A stretch of 64,000 nt of DNA from Eledone cirrhosa (GCA_964016885.1 OZ024743.1:328848001-328912000); one strand, 5' to 3'. Positions 36,608 to 49,172 are shown, counted from the first letter of the stretch. Translations and numbers: made by a program. The notes: generated from the sequence alone by a model not told the origin.

Positions 36608-36894
36608 GAGAGAGAGAGAGAGAGAGAGAGTCTGTGGTGCTGAGACGGAGGAGACCACTAATCATATGAGAATTCGATACATGGGGAGATGTAGAGTGGG
36701 TATAAAGATAAGTAAAATCCCGACCGCGGCGCTAAGCGGTTTCGGGTTATGTGTCACACACAAAAGAAATCACTAGGCTAGTCCTGTAGAAGCCATTTCT
36801 ATATGAAACTTGATGTTTACTCTCTACTAATGTATTGGGTACCATACTAATTGTTGTTACCCCCGATTGAACCCGGGACTCATACACACACACG

Positions 36895-36938
<44 letters not shown>

Positions 36939-37063
36939 GATAAACTGTTTCATTGTTTTATTCATTATTTGTTTAATATTTTATATATATATATATATAT
37001 ATTAGAAAGTGAGGGTTTTTTTACAAAATGAAAAATAACCGAGGTGTCCTAAATGAGTGAAAG

Positions 37064-37376
37064 TATAAAGAAAAAAAGATGAAATCGAAAATGCAACTGG
37101 AGTCTTATTTAAAAAAAAAATATATATATTTATTTGGTTCCTTTACCGGTTTCGCAGTTCTTCTGATTTCAAAAGTAGAGTTGAGATGGAGGGTCTGTGG
37201 TTTTTCTCACATCTGTGGTTTTTCTCACGTGAGAAAAACCACAGACCCTCCATCTCAACTCTACTTTTGAAAAGCAGAAGAACTGCGAAACCGGTAAAGG
37301 AACCAAATAAATATATATATTTAAAAAAAAAATAAGACTCCAGTTGCATTTTCGATTTCATCTTTTTTTCTTTATA
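37064..37376. mobile_element. ~310-bp palindrome with degenerate hammerheads and a duplicated centre
   Basis: Arms are reverse complements around CTCACGTGAG; TCTGTGGTTTTTCTCAC is duplicated in the left arm. Right arm: CTT-TTGAAAA-GCAG-AAGAA-CTGC-GAAA-CCGG-TA-AAG. Confidence 0.85.
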
Positions 37377-37385
37377 TATATATAT

Positions 37386-37572
<187 letters not shown>

Positions 37573-37780
37573 TATAATCATCATTAGATAAAACTACATC
37601 TCACACTCTCACCTCCGTGTTTGTCCTCTAGCAAGATTAGCAAGATATTGATTTCAGAATCAGAGTTTCTACCACCATCCTCTCTGGCACTCCTAAGACA
37701 GACAGACGCTGACAGAGACACACAGACAGAGACACACACATAACTAGAGTGACGGACTCACGGAGAGCCAAACAGATAAC

Positions 37781-38772
37781 TTTCTATTTATTTGCCACCA
37801 GGGCATGAAAGATTGGGACAAATACGAGGGGGGAGTTTACATATATTTCAAAGGACGTGTAAAAACATATAACAAATCAAATTCAACAATCGAAGTCCTC
37901 AATAGGGAGGGGGCGTTGACGTGGGTCGCACACACCCCCTAAAAAATGTGCAACCCTCCTCCTCAGGAGCACAAAGAGCGGGTGCTCCCTTCCTCTCCTC
38001 CTTCTCCTCTCACCTACAGGCTGATATAGAGAGAAGGCCCATTCACTCGGGCCATTCTCGCCACTTTCACCCACCTTTCATAAAACTTGCTGGGGTACAG
38101 CACCTCTCTCTCCATCCTGATCCTTCTTCTAAAATGGTACTTGAAAAAAAGGACCAGTTGTTGGCCGGAGAAAAAAGTGTCTGACCTCAGCCCTTTCAAC
38201 CTCGTCCACCATACAACCTCTTTCGCCATAACTATCACACAGAGGAAAACCGCCTCTCCTTCGTTTTTGAAGGAGGGAGGCGGTTTGATCGTGACAATGT
38301 ACTCGGTGGTCAACCGGATTGGTCCCACCCGCGACAGTAGTCGTTCCACATAGCCCCACAGCTCGGTAACGCCCAGGCAGTGTACGAATGCGTGCGTGAC
38401 GGTTTCTTCGTCACGCACGCATCTCGGACAGATCTTCTTCGAGGGGTCCCTACCCGGGCGCCAGTGTCTGTAGAGTTTGTCCCGAACGGGTAGAGCTCCT
38501 CGGTAACACTGCCAAGCCAGGGACTTTTGGAAGTTGTCCATCGGTCCCGGGCCAAACGTCCTACCGAACTGACTGGATAGCTCGTCTTCCTCCATGCTCA
38601 GAGCCTCTCCGAGAGCGTCGTCGCACTTGATGCGCACCAACCCTCTATAGAATGTTGAGGTTGAGTCTCTACTGATTGCCGGATCCGCTTGCAAGAGGGC
38701 CGTGAGCGCCTGGGCACATTCGATGTGCCAGTCGCCCACTTTTCTCGGTCTTTGCTTTTCCCAGGATTGCAG
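37781..38772 (-). mobile_element. 5'-truncated Tx1-type copy D (diverged subfamily)
   Basis: ORF 38014-38781 encodes the ORF2 C-terminus (LQSW...NGPSLYISL) and is followed by the family 3' UTR/tail. Confidence 0.92.
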
Positions 38773-38790
38773 GAGTGCCAAATAGATAGA

Positions 38791-39780
38791 TTTCTATTTA
38801 TTTGCCACTAGGGCACAAGAGAAAGGGACAAATACACAGGGGGGAGTTTACATAAATACGAGTAAAGAAAAAGGCATAACAATGAGAATAACATAATAAT
38901 AAAAAGTCCTCAAAAGGGAGGGGGCATGTTGGGGATTGCACATACCCCCGAAAAGTGTGCAACTCTTTTCGCGGGGGAAGCCCAGAGAGGAGGCGCTCCC
39001 CCTTTCCTCTTCACTTCTTCACCTACAGAACAATGTAGAGAGAAGGCCCATTTACACGAGCCATTCTCGCTTCTTTCACCCACCTTTCATAAAACTGTCT
39101 GGGGCCAAGCACTTCTCTCTCCATCCTGATCCTTCTTCCGAAGTGGTATCGGAAGAAGTAAACCAGGTGATGGCCGGAGAGAAAGTCACCCGACCTCAGA
39201 CGTTTCAGGCGAGTCCACCACACAACCTCTTTCATCATGGCTATTACGCACAGAAAGACCGCCTCTGCTTCATTTCTGAAGGGAGGAGGCGGCTTGATGT
39301 TCACCACAGACTCGGCGGTCAATCGAATCGGCGCCACACGCGACAGCAGTCGTTCGACGTAGCCCCACAGATCGGCAACGCCCGGGCAGTGTACCAGTGC
39401 ATGCGCAACGGTTTCCTCGTCGCGCACGCATCTGGGACAGATCTTTTTCGCGGGATCCCTACCCGGGCGCCCGTGTCTGTAGAGCTTTTCTCGAACGGGC
39501 AGAGCCTCCCGGTAACACTGCCAGGCTAGGGACCTCTGGAAGTTGTCCATGGGTCCCAGGCCGAAAGTTCTACCGAACAGGCTGGCCAGTTCGTCCTCCT
39601 CCATGCCTAGCGACTCTCCAAGGGTGTCGTCGCCCCTGCTAGCCACCAGCTCTCTATAGAATGTCGAGGTGGACTCTCCACTGACAGTCGGGTCCGCTTG
39701 CCAGAGAGCCGTGAGCGCCTGGGCACACTGGGTGTGCCAGTTGCCTAGTTTTCTCGGTCTTTGCTTCACCCAGGATTGCA
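38791..39780 (-). mobile_element. 5'-truncated Tx1-type copy E (A/B subfamily)
   Basis: Near-identical to 33450-34440 in reverse; same truncation point as copy D. Confidence 0.93.
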
Positions 39781-39974
39781 GGAGTGCCAAATAGATAGAC
39801 ATACAGACAGACACAGACACACAGATCATCGGCATTACGATCACAGTCAAAGACAAACTTTCTCCACAATTCACAATTTTCCATTGCTCCTGGTAACAGC
39901 TCCTTACTGAGGTTTGTATGATCTGAGAGTTGATCGATGAAGGTTCGAACAGTTCTTCTACTGCGTCTCCCATA

Positions 39975-40325
39975 AATTGGTTCCCACAATAGTAACTTGT
40001 GTATAACATCCTGAGTTGGTTCCCACAATAGTAACTTGTGTATAACATAATGAGTTGGTTCCCACAATAGTAACTTGTGTATAACTTCCTGAGTTGGTTC
40101 CCACAATAGTAACTTGTATATAACCTACTGAGTTGGTTCCCACAATAATAGCTTGTATATAATCTGCTGAGTTGGTTCCCACATCAGTAGCTTGTGTATA
40201 ACTTCTTGAGTTGGTTCCCACAATAGTAGCTTGTATATAACCAGCTGAGTTGGTTCCCACAATAGTAACTTGTGTATAACCTATGGAGTTGGTTCCCACA
40301 ACAGTAGCTTGTGTATAACTTCCTG
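39975..40325. repeat. 39-bp minisatellite, ~9 copies, derived from RTE coding sequence
   Basis: GAGTTGGTTCCCACAATAGTAACTTGTGTATAAC units; minus frame reads VIHKLLLWEPTQ. Confidence 0.92.
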
Positions 40326-40486
40326 CTTACTTCTCCAGCAATGTCCTGCTAATCATAACTGTCTTTGAGCAATTGTAGTTGTTATCTTGGGCAAGTCTCT
40401 GTATGAAGTTTCATTTGTAATCAGTTGACGCCAGGTAATGTTTTGTACAACCTTAGCATTTTAGTGTGTCACCATCTAGTTTCTTC

Positions 40487-41868
40487 TCAAGTGCCTGTGT
40501 CAGGGTCCATGTACCTGATCCATACAACAATACTGACTCAAGTGTCTTTGTCAGGATTCGTGTACCTAATCCATACAACAATACTGACTCAAGTGCCTGT
40601 GTCAGGGTCCATGTATCTGATCCATACAACAATACTGACTCAAGTACCTGTGTCAGGTTCCATGTACCTAATCCATACAACAATACTGACTCAAGTGCCT
40701 GTGTCAGGGTCCATGTATCTGATCCATACAACAATACTGACTCAAGTACCTGTGTCAGGTTCCATGTACCTAATCCATACAACAATACTGACTCAAGTGC
40801 CTGTGTCAGGGTCCATGTATCTGATCCATACAACAATACTGACTCAAGTACCTGTGTCAGGTTCCATGTACCTAATCCATACAACAATACTGACTCAAGT
40901 GCCTGTGTCAGCCTCCATGTACCTGATCCATACAACAATACTGACTCAAGTGGCTGTGTCAGGGTCCATGTACCTGATCCATACAACAATACTGACTCAA
41001 GTGCCTGTGTCAGGGTCCATGTACCTGATCCATACAACAATACTGACTCAAGTACCTGTGTCAGGGTCCATGTACCTGATCCATACAACAATACTGACTC
41101 AAGTGACTGTGTCAGGGTCCATGTACCTGATCCATACAACAATACTGACTCAAGTGCCTGTGTCAGGATTCATGTACCTGATCCATACAACAATACTGAC
41201 TCAAGTGACTGTGTTAGGGTCCATGTACCTGATCCATACAATACTACTGACTCAAGTGCCTGTGTCAGGGTCCATGTACCTGATCCATACAACAATACTG
41301 ACTCAAGTGCCTGTGTCAGGGTCCATGTACCTGATCCATACAATACTACTGACTCAAGTGCCTGTGTCAGGGTCCATGTACCTGATCCATACAACAATAC
41401 TGACTCAAGTGCCTGTGTCAGGGTCCATGTACCTGATCCATACAACAATACTGACTCAAGTGCCTGTGTCAGGGTCCATGTACCTGATCCATACAATACT
41501 ACTGACTCAAGTGCCTGTGTCAGGGTCCATGTACCTGATCCATACAACAATACTGACTCAAGTGCCTGTGTCAGGGTCCATGTACCTGATCCATACAACA
41601 ATACTGACTCAAGTACCTGTGTCAGGGTCCATGTACCTGATCCATACAATACTACTGACTCAAGTGCCTGTGTCAGGGTCCATGTACCTGATCCATACAA
41701 CAATACTGACTCAAGTACCTGTATCAGGTTCCATGTACCTGATCCATACAACAATACTGACTCAAGTGGCTGTGTCAGGGTACATGTACCTGATCCATAC
41801 AACAATACTGACTCAAGTGGCTGTGTCAGGGTACATGTACCTGATCCATACAATAATACTGACTCAAC
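40487..41868. repeat. 51-bp minisatellite, ~27 copies, derived from RTE coding sequence
   Basis: CTCAAGTGCCTGTGTCAGGGTCCATGTACCTGATCCATACAACAATACTGA units; minus frame reads ESVLLYGSGTWTLTQAL. Confidence 0.97.
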
Positions 41869-42566
41869 AGATGTCCTGAAGAATAATATTTTGATTTTTC
41901 TGGGTAGATCTGACTTCCATATCCTTTCCATTTGTTCACTGCAGCCCAGACTTTGGAATTTCTAATGTCAATGCCCTTTTTTGATGAACTCATCCAGCTG
42001 CCAAAATATAGAAAATCATCAATTCAATTTAGTCGTCCGCCATCCAATGTGATTAGATTTCCATTTTCTTGGTTTAGTGACATGTACTATGTCCTGGTAA
42101 CATTTATTTGTAGACCAATTTATGAACAAAGTCTTGAGCTTGATCAATGGTATTTGATAGAAGAGTTATGTCATTAGCAACATCTGTATCACATATAACA
42201 GTTGATGGGTTTCGCTTACTTCTCCTTTGTGTTAATGTAAAGCCGAGACATTGTTAATTAACAATGGCTTCTCTCATTAGAAAAAGAACATATAGATAGA
42301 TATGTTTCTTTTATTTGCCACTAGGGCATCAAAAGTGGGACAAGTACAAAGGGGGGAGTTTACACAAAAAGGCGTCCTCAATAAGGAGGAGGCAATAACA
42401 AAATATAAAAATAAAATAAGATATAACAAAAAATAAAATTTATAACAAAATCCTCAATAGAGAGGAGGCGCCTTGTGGGGTCGCACACACCCCCGAAAAA
42501 AGTGTGCAACCTTTTTCCTCAGGAGCACAGAGAGGGGGTGCTCCCTCGTTCCTTCCTCTTTTCCAC

Positions 42567-45500
42567 CTACAGGCTTATGTAAAGAGAAGGCCCATTCACA
42601 CGGGCCATTCTCGCCACTTTCACCCACCTTTCATAAAAACGACTGGGGTGCAGCACCTCTCTCTCCATCCTGATCCTTCTTCCGAAATGATATCGGAAGA
42701 AACGGACCAGTTGTTGGCCGGAGAGAAAGGTGCTTGACCTCAGTCCTTTCAGACGCGTCCACCATACAACCTCTTTCGCCATGGCTATTACGCACAGAAA
42801 CACCGCCTCTGCTTCATCTTTGAAGGGGGGAGGCGGCTTGATCATTACAATAGACTCGGTGGTCAACCGGATCGGTCCCACCCTTGACAGCAGTTGTTCG
42901 ACATAGCCCCACAGATCGGCTACGCCCGAGCAGTGTACCAATGCGTGTGCAACGGTTTCCTCGTCGCACACGCATCTGGGACAGATCTTTTTGGCGGGGT
43001 CCCTACCCGGGCGCCCGTGTCTGTAGAGCCTTTCTCGAACGGGTAAAGCCCTTCGGAAGCACTGCCAGGCCAGGGACTTCTGGAAGTTGTCCATAGGTCC
43101 CGGGCTGAATGTCCTACCGAACAGGCTGGCCACTTCGTCCTCCTCCATGTCTAGGGCTTCTCCGAGGGCGTCGTCGCACCTGCTGCGTACCAGCCCTCTA
43201 TAGAATGTTGCGGTGGAGTCTCCACTGATAACCGGATCCGCCTGCCAGAGGGCGCTGAGCGCCTGGGCACACTCAGTGTGCCAGGCGCCCAGTTTTCTCG
43301 GTCTTTGCTTGACCCAGGATTGCAGCTCGGTGAGTGAGACGAGTCTGGGAAAGGTTCGTCTCACAAACGAGGCCCACACCGGTTGTCCGGTGAGGAATAC
43401 GTAGAGGTGCCGTAGCCTTAATGCGTGTTTACGCATCATTAGCCACGGCATCCCCAGCCCTCCTTTCGAAGGGTGTTGACAGCAGATGGATCTCCTCACC
43501 ATAGGAGCCCGCCTCTTCCAAAGGAATTGGAAGAGCGCGCGCTCCATCTTGGTGAGGGTTTCCCTTGGGCAGGGCACTACGGTCAGGCGGTAGTAGATGA
43601 CGGACGCTATATAAGTGTTCGCCACCTCCGCCCGACCTTTCAGGGATAGTTTGCAACTGGCCCACTTCTGGGTCAGTGCAAACACCCTGTTCGTAACCTC
43701 CGCCCAGTTTTTCTCCACATGGAGGTCCGGTCCGAACCAGACCCCGAGCAACTTCACCGGGCCCTCCGTCCAGCGTCCGACGACGCCATCGGAGGGCATC
43801 GGTCTGCCCCTCCACGTGCCGAGTTGCAAAACGATCGACTTGTCCCGGTTCAGCTTAGCCCCTGTGAACTTTTCGTATTCCTCCAGTAAGGTGCCGACCG
43901 CCTCGATTTCGGAGGCCGTCGACACCATTACTGTCACGTCATCGGCGTAGGCTGACACCGCTTTCCGCAATCCCGGTTCCAAAGGGATGCCCTGCAACAA
44001 CTCCAACTTCCGCAGTAGTGGCTCGAGAGTCAACACATACAGAAGGGAGGAGAGAGGGCACCCTTGTCGGATGGACCGCGCGATTTTGAACGGCTCCGAG
44101 ATGTAGCCGTTCACCTTGACCCTAGAGCAGATGCGGCTGCTGTGCATAGCAGTGATCCAGCCCCTGAAAACGGGTCCGAAGCCTGCCGCCGCTAGCACCG
44201 CATCCAGGTAACCATGGTCGACCCTATCGAACGCCTTAGATTGATCCAAGTTGATCAGAGCCCCACCAAAGCCGGGTTCGTTCCCAACCCTCTCTTTGAT
44301 GTATCGCATGAGGTGGAGGTTGTCATGGATGGACCTGGACGGGATAGCGCATGTCTGCGCATCTCCCACCAGGTTGCCCACGACAAGCGCCAACCTCTTT
44401 GCTAGCACCTTGGCCAAAATCTGTAACTCTGTATTTAGCAGAGTTATGGGCCTGAAGTTACTTATTTCGTCCCCCTTGTTCTCGTCCTTCCTCACTAGCG
44501 TGACTACGCCCTTGGTCACAGTACAGGGAATTCTCCCGTTCTGTTGCCAGTTGCAGTAGACCGCCTCGAGGAGATCGGGGAACAAGTCCGGCATAGCTAG
44601 ATATAATTCGTAAGGAAGACCATCGAGACCCGGGGATTTGCGTTTGCCGCATTGGCTCAGCACGTCCTCTATCTCAGCGGCCGAAATCGGCTCCTCGCAG
44701 GACCTCGCCTCCCTGTCCGAGAGGCGCGGCAGGCCGTCGAGGTATGGACCGAAGTCCACGTTCCCAACCGGCTCCCCGCCCCTCCCGAACAGTCGGGCAA
44801 AGTGCCTTTGAAAGGCCTCACACATCTGCTTAGGCTCAAGAATCGCCCGTCCATCCAGGTCTCGCAAAGACCGGATGGTGGATTTAGTTCCACTGTTGGC
44901 CTCTGTCACGCGGGCCCAGCTAACAGCTTTGGTCCCCTCGTTCCCTAGAGCACGTATTTTATTTCGGACAACGCAGCCTTCGTGCTTCGCGTCGAAAAAC
45001 TGGCTCAAAGCCGTTCTCGACGCTAGCACTCTGGCCACGTCGCCGCTTCTAATTGCCTCTTCTACTCTATCTATTAGCTCCCTTTCCTTCCTATTCCTAT
45101 CCGCAGCTAGAACCTTACTAAATTCTATCGAGACTACTCTAATCTCTCTCTTTAGAGATACCCACCACCTGCTGTTGACGATCGCTCCAGTCAACCGTTC
45201 CTTAACTAACGTACTAATCCGATTCCTGTAGGCTCTACTTGCCGGCAAGGACAAGTTGAGCTTCCAGTAACCGGGGCCCTGTCTATGCGTTCTATCAAGG
45301 TTGACCATGCAGGTCACCAACTTGTGGTCTGAATAGCCAACCATGAGCATTTCTGGACAACTTAAAAAGTCCCTGTCCTTATTTCTAACTAAAAATCTAT
45401 CTAGGTACGATCTAGATGATCCGCTGCGATTTGACCAAGACCAGGTTGGCACCGTCGGAAAATCTAGTCGAAATCTATCGGCCAGGTCAAATCGGCCGAG

Positions 45501-46004
45501 TAACCCCTTGAGGCTGTTGCACCCCTCTCTATCGGGACATGCCCCTGCATAGTCCCAACGTGCATCCAGGATACCATTCCAATCCCCCACTAAAAGCAGG
45601 GAACGGGACGTCCCTAGAAAAGACTCCAGACGCTGGAAAAAGTCGGGCCGCTCTGTCCCAAAAGGGGCATATGCGGCTATCAGCCTAAGAGCTCTACCTT
45701 CACCACTGCCAAGGTCCAGCACCACCAGTCGACCCCCTGGGTCCAAGTGAACTATCTGTGTTGCAAGGCCCATATGTTTTTGCAGCAGAACGACAACCCC
45801 ACCCCCACCTCCGGGCTGACAGAGAGATGCGTGCATCTCAAAGTCGTCAAAGGTGGGGGCTAGCTGTCGCATGCTGCTGATCCGGGCCTCGCAGATAACC
45901 ATCACATTTATAGATTGTGACCTGAGGTCATTTAGAAGCATTGCTTGCTTCCAAGACGAGCCCAGGCCACGCGCATTTAGACACCCTACTCTTAGCACAG
46001 CCAT
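42567..46004 (-). CDS. ORF2 APE-RT-zinc motif (~1145 aa)
   Basis: MAVLRVGCLNARGLG; same EN/RT motifs as copy B; CPRC...HALVHC. Confidence 0.95.
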   Translation of the reverse strand: MAVLRVGCLNARGLGSSWKQAMLLNDLRSQSINVMVICEARISSMRQLAPTFDDFEMHASLCQPGGGGGVVVLLQKHMGLATQIVHLDPGGRLVVLDLGSGEGRALRLIAAYAPFGTERPDFFQRLESFLGTSRSLLLVGDWNGILDARWDYAGACPDREGCNSLKGLLGRFDLADRFRLDFPTVPTWSWSNRSGSSRSYLDRFLVRNKDRDFLSCPEMLMVGYSDHKLVTCMVNLDRTHRQGPGYWKLNLSLPASRAYRNRISTLVKERLTGAIVNSRWWVSLKREIRVVSIEFSKVLAADRNRKERELIDRVEEAIRSGDVARVLASRTALSQFFDAKHEGCVVRNKIRALGNEGTKAVSWARVTEANSGTKSTIRSLRDLDGRAILEPKQMCEAFQRHFARLFGRGGEPVGNVDFGPYLDGLPRLSDREARSCEEPISAAEIEDVLSQCGKRKSPGLDGLPYELYLAMPDLFPDLLEAVYCNWQQNGRIPCTVTKGVVTLVRKDENKGDEISNFRPITLLNTELQILAKVLAKRLALVVGNLVGDAQTCAIPSRSIHDNLHLMRYIKERVGNEPGFGGALINLDQSKAFDRVDHGYLDAVLAAAGFGPVFRGWITAMHSSRICSRVKVNGYISEPFKIARSIRQGCPLSSLLYVLTLEPLLRKLELLQGIPLEPGLRKAVSAYADDVTVMVSTASEIEAVGTLLEEYEKFTGAKLNRDKSIVLQLGTWRGRPMPSDGVVGRWTEGPVKLLGVWFGPDLHVEKNWAEVTNRVFALTQKWASCKLSLKGRAEVANTYIASVIYYRLTVVPCPRETLTKMERALFQFLWKRRAPMVRRSICCQHPSKGGLGMPWLMMRKHALRLRHLYVFLTGQPVWASFVRRTFPRLVSLTELQSWVKQRPRKLGAWHTECAQALSALWQADPVISGDSTATFYRGLVRSRCDDALGEALDMEEDEVASLFGRTFSPGPMDNFQKSLAWQCFRRALPVRERLYRHGRPGRDPAKKICPRCVCDEETVAHALVHCSGVADLWGYVEQLLSRVGPIRLTTESIVMIKPPPPFKDEAEAVFLCVIAMAKEVVWWTRLKGLRSSTFLSGQQLVRFFRYHFGRRIRMEREVLHPSRFYERWVKVARMARVNGPSLYISL

Positions 46005-46028
46005 GTTGGTGGTAAAGAGAAAAGGCAC

Positions 46029-47680
46029 TTACCTCTCTGCGTCCCGGGAAACGGGCCGCTCAATTTCCATGCTGGTTGGGGATGGGTTGTTGGGTGGGGT
46101 GGTGGTTTGTGGAAGTGAAGGGGCATCGGTGTGTTGTGGGGTTGGGGTGTTTGTCGTTGAGTGGGTGTCTGGGTGGGGTGGGGGGGTGAAATTTTTTAGG
46201 AGGACGCGGTTGATTGGTTTGGCGCAGGGGGGGCCCACGTCCTCCGTGAAATTTATTTTCAGTGTTTTGTACAAGTGCATTGGGACTTTTATCATTTTCA
46301 AATGAGGTAGTCCCACAGCAGTTATAAAGTTTGGCCCTTCAGTTTGGACCGAAGGGTTTGCTGAAATTGTTTTCCGTAATTCTTTGTTGTCTGTGTTCAT
46401 GTATGTGTATTGTAAGGTCTTTTTTTGTGTAGCAGTTAGTGTTGTGTGACAGGGAGGGGTGGTTTGTGTGTAGTTTGTGTTCTCTTGGGGGGGGGGGGGG
46501 TTAAAGTTAACATGTGTGTCTGTGGTGCGTCTCCTCTTCTTTCTTTTTACTTGTTGGAAGGGATCTTTTTCGTCTTGCGACGAAAGAGGTTCGTCTTCCT
46601 TGTTGGGTGGGAGGGGTATGTTTTCTGGTAGTGTTTGCGGTGTGCGTGTTTTTGTATTTGTTTTGGGTGGGGAGGGATTGGGTGGGACAGTATTCTGTGT
46701 TATTTTTTCACGTGTTTGTTGTTGTTGTTGTTGTTGTGGTGGTGGTGGTGGGGTTGTTGGTTTTTGTTGTTGTTGTGGTTGTTTTTGTTGTTGTAGTTGG
46801 GGTGGTGTTGGTGTTGGTAGCAGTGTTTTTTTCTGTGTGAGCTGGGGACAGGCAGCCCTCAGGTGACCTCTATTGCCACAGAGGTAACAGGAGGGACGCC
46901 TACCCTCCACAATAATGTTGAGGTGGGTACGGTCATCCAGCATGACGCGCTCAGGGATTTGGGCGATGCGTTCTGGCCTTATTTGGGTCAGAACTTCGAG
47001 GCTCGTTCCACTGAACGCGTCGCCGGATGCCTTCCCTATTGAGATGAGGCTGTCCTCGTCTAAATTGAGGAAACCGGTTAGTAACCACCAGTAGTTTATG
47101 TTTGGGGTGATGGTGGTTATCCATATCCTCTGGGTTTTTTTACCCATGTAGGTGGGGAAGAAGGTGTAGTGTGTGGACCGAATTGGCGACACAGAGTATT
47201 TTTTTGCCGCCAATTCGTCTTTCATCAATATGGATAAACTCCCATAGAGTTTATCCTTTTGTATGAAAGTGATGTCTCTCATCGCGTCTTTCAAGACTAA
47301 CTGAGTTTCCGTTTGAGATGGTTGCGCTGGTTTCTTTGTTTTATTTAAAATTGTTCGGAATACGACAGTTCGTAATTCCGTCTGTCTTTTTAGCTCCGGA
47401 GGTGAATGTATAGAAAACGATCCGTTTTCGCCAAAAGACACATATTTCTTGGCTTTTTCCAGCATTTCTTTTGCTTTTGAAATATCTTCCAGCACATAAG
47501 CGACTGATAATTTAGCCGTTTGTGCAAAAGATATTTTGTTTTCGTTTTGGATATTAGTATTGTTTTGTTTCTCGTCGTTTGCGTTGTTTTCATCTTTGTT
47601 GTTGTTGTTGTCTTTCTCGTTTCGTGTGTGGATACTTGTGACGTTTGTGTTGTTGTTGTTTTTGTTGTCTTTATTGTTGC

Positions 47681-47711
<31 letters not shown>

Positions 47712-47891
47712 GTTGTTTTCAAATTCTTGTGTAGTTGTGGCTACATCTAGTGGTCGGTCAACAGGTGAAGACAATTCTTCCTCTCTCTGACCTCTGCCTT
47801 TGGCATCTGCTGCTGTGACAGTGGCAGGGGGAAGCTGTGAGTATGACTTCCCTTTTCTTTCTTTGATTGATGGTGAAGATGCTTCAGCCAT
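46029..47891 (-). CDS. ORF1 CCHC zinc-knuckle protein (~620 aa)
   Basis: MAEASS start; CYLCGNRGHLRAAC; homologous to copy B ORF1 in its folded blocks. Confidence 0.88.
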
Positions 47892-48112
47892 TTTTCTCAA
47901 AATAGGGTTTTTCGAAGTTTTTCGAAAGATAAAATGTTCACAATACTATTTCGCCCAAAGGCGCAGAATATTTTGAGAGACCGACCAGATCAAAATTTGA
48001 CCTGGCAGTCCCTCTACAAAATGATACAAAAATGAAAGTTTACAGTTTACAATTTCCGTATGAATTTAAACAAAAACTTACCGAGCGAGCTCAGCACATG
48101 TGTCCATCGTAG

Positions 48113-48402
48113 AGAGATAGATAGATATCCAAACAGATAGATAGTTAGACAGACAGACAGATAGATAGTTAGACAGACAAACAGATAGATAGTTAGACAG
48201 ACAAACAGATAGATAGTTAGACAGACAGACAGATAGATAGTTAGACAGACAAACAGATAGATAGTTAGACAGACAAACAGATAGATAGTTAGACAGACAG
48301 ACAGATAGATAGTTAGACAGACAAACAGATAGATAGTTAGACAGACAAACAGATAGATAGTTAGACAGACAGATAGATAGTTAGACAGACAAACAGATAG
48401 AT
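48113..48402. repeat. 24-bp (GATA/GACA) compound satellite
   Basis: AGATAGATAGTTAGACAGACA(A/G)AC units. Confidence 0.92.
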
Positions 48403-48987
48403 CGACAAACTCCGACGGAAAATATTGAACTATAAAATAAATCTTGCTCAAATATAGTTACTCATTGCTGGCAACATATATGTATATAATGATTGTTTCT
48501 ACTTTAGGCACAAGGCCAGTAATTTACCAGTGCATTACTGGTACTACAATTAACAAATAATATTTATATGAAAAAAAAAAGAAAAGGGAGAAGAAAAAGA
48601 AAAGAAGAGAATAAAGCAACAAGAGAGGGAGAGAGAAAGAGGGAGGGGCACAGACTCTACATCCCAGTTTGAGCTGACAAAATGGTGAAGGTATTGCCAC
48701 GGAGAATGGCCAGCGACACCTGCTGCAACGGCCACCTTTCTTTCTCTTTCTGTTCTTTTTGTTTCATTTAAATATAATATAACTATTTTTAAAAGGAGAA
48801 ATTAAGAATTTTTTGTTATGGTTAGTTATATTTTTATTTGGTTAAACATACAGAAAAAAGAGAGCAGCATTGGAAAGGACTATAAATGCCATAACTAAGA
48901 GGAAAAGGAGGGGAAAAACAAGGACTACTAGATAAAGGAAGAAAGAAACCGGCCTGTGTCAGAGAGAAGATAAATTGTGTCATTATT

Positions 48988-49172
48988 ATTGGCAGTATCG
49001 GTAGAGGATCGGACGCCATGCTTTGCAGCATAGAGTTACGGCCCTTTATGACGTGAGTTCAAATCACGCCGACGTTAACTTTGCCTTTTATCCTTACGGG
49101 GTCGATAAAATAAAGTACCAGTAATGTACTGAGGTAATTGCTGGCCTTGTGCCAAAAGTAGAAACAATTATT
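48988..49172 (+). mobile_element. SINE family 1
   Basis: ATTGGCAGTATCGGTAGAGG ... GTAGAAACAATTATT. Confidence 0.9.

Larger units (their letters stand above)
39850..42285 (-). mobile_element. Decayed RTE/RTE-X LINE fragment with internal minisatellite expansions
   Basis: GFTLTQRRSKRNP...DTDVANDI (FADD region), IWKSDLPRKIKILFFRTSVESVLLYGS.TWTLT..LEKKLDG, LLLWEP..GRRSR...FIDQL. Confidence 0.85.
42305..48112 (-). mobile_element. L1/Tx1-type LINE copy C (intact, second subfamily)
   Basis: ORF1 and ORF2 uninterrupted; tail GTGGCAAATAAAAGAAA; ATATCTATCTAT on both flanks (candidate TSD). Confidence 0.95.

Noticed and set aside
40425-41965. 484-aa and 499-aa plus-strand repeat proteins
   Set aside because: Antisense frames of the 51-bp RTE-derived minisatellite; open only because the unit is a stop-free multiple of three.
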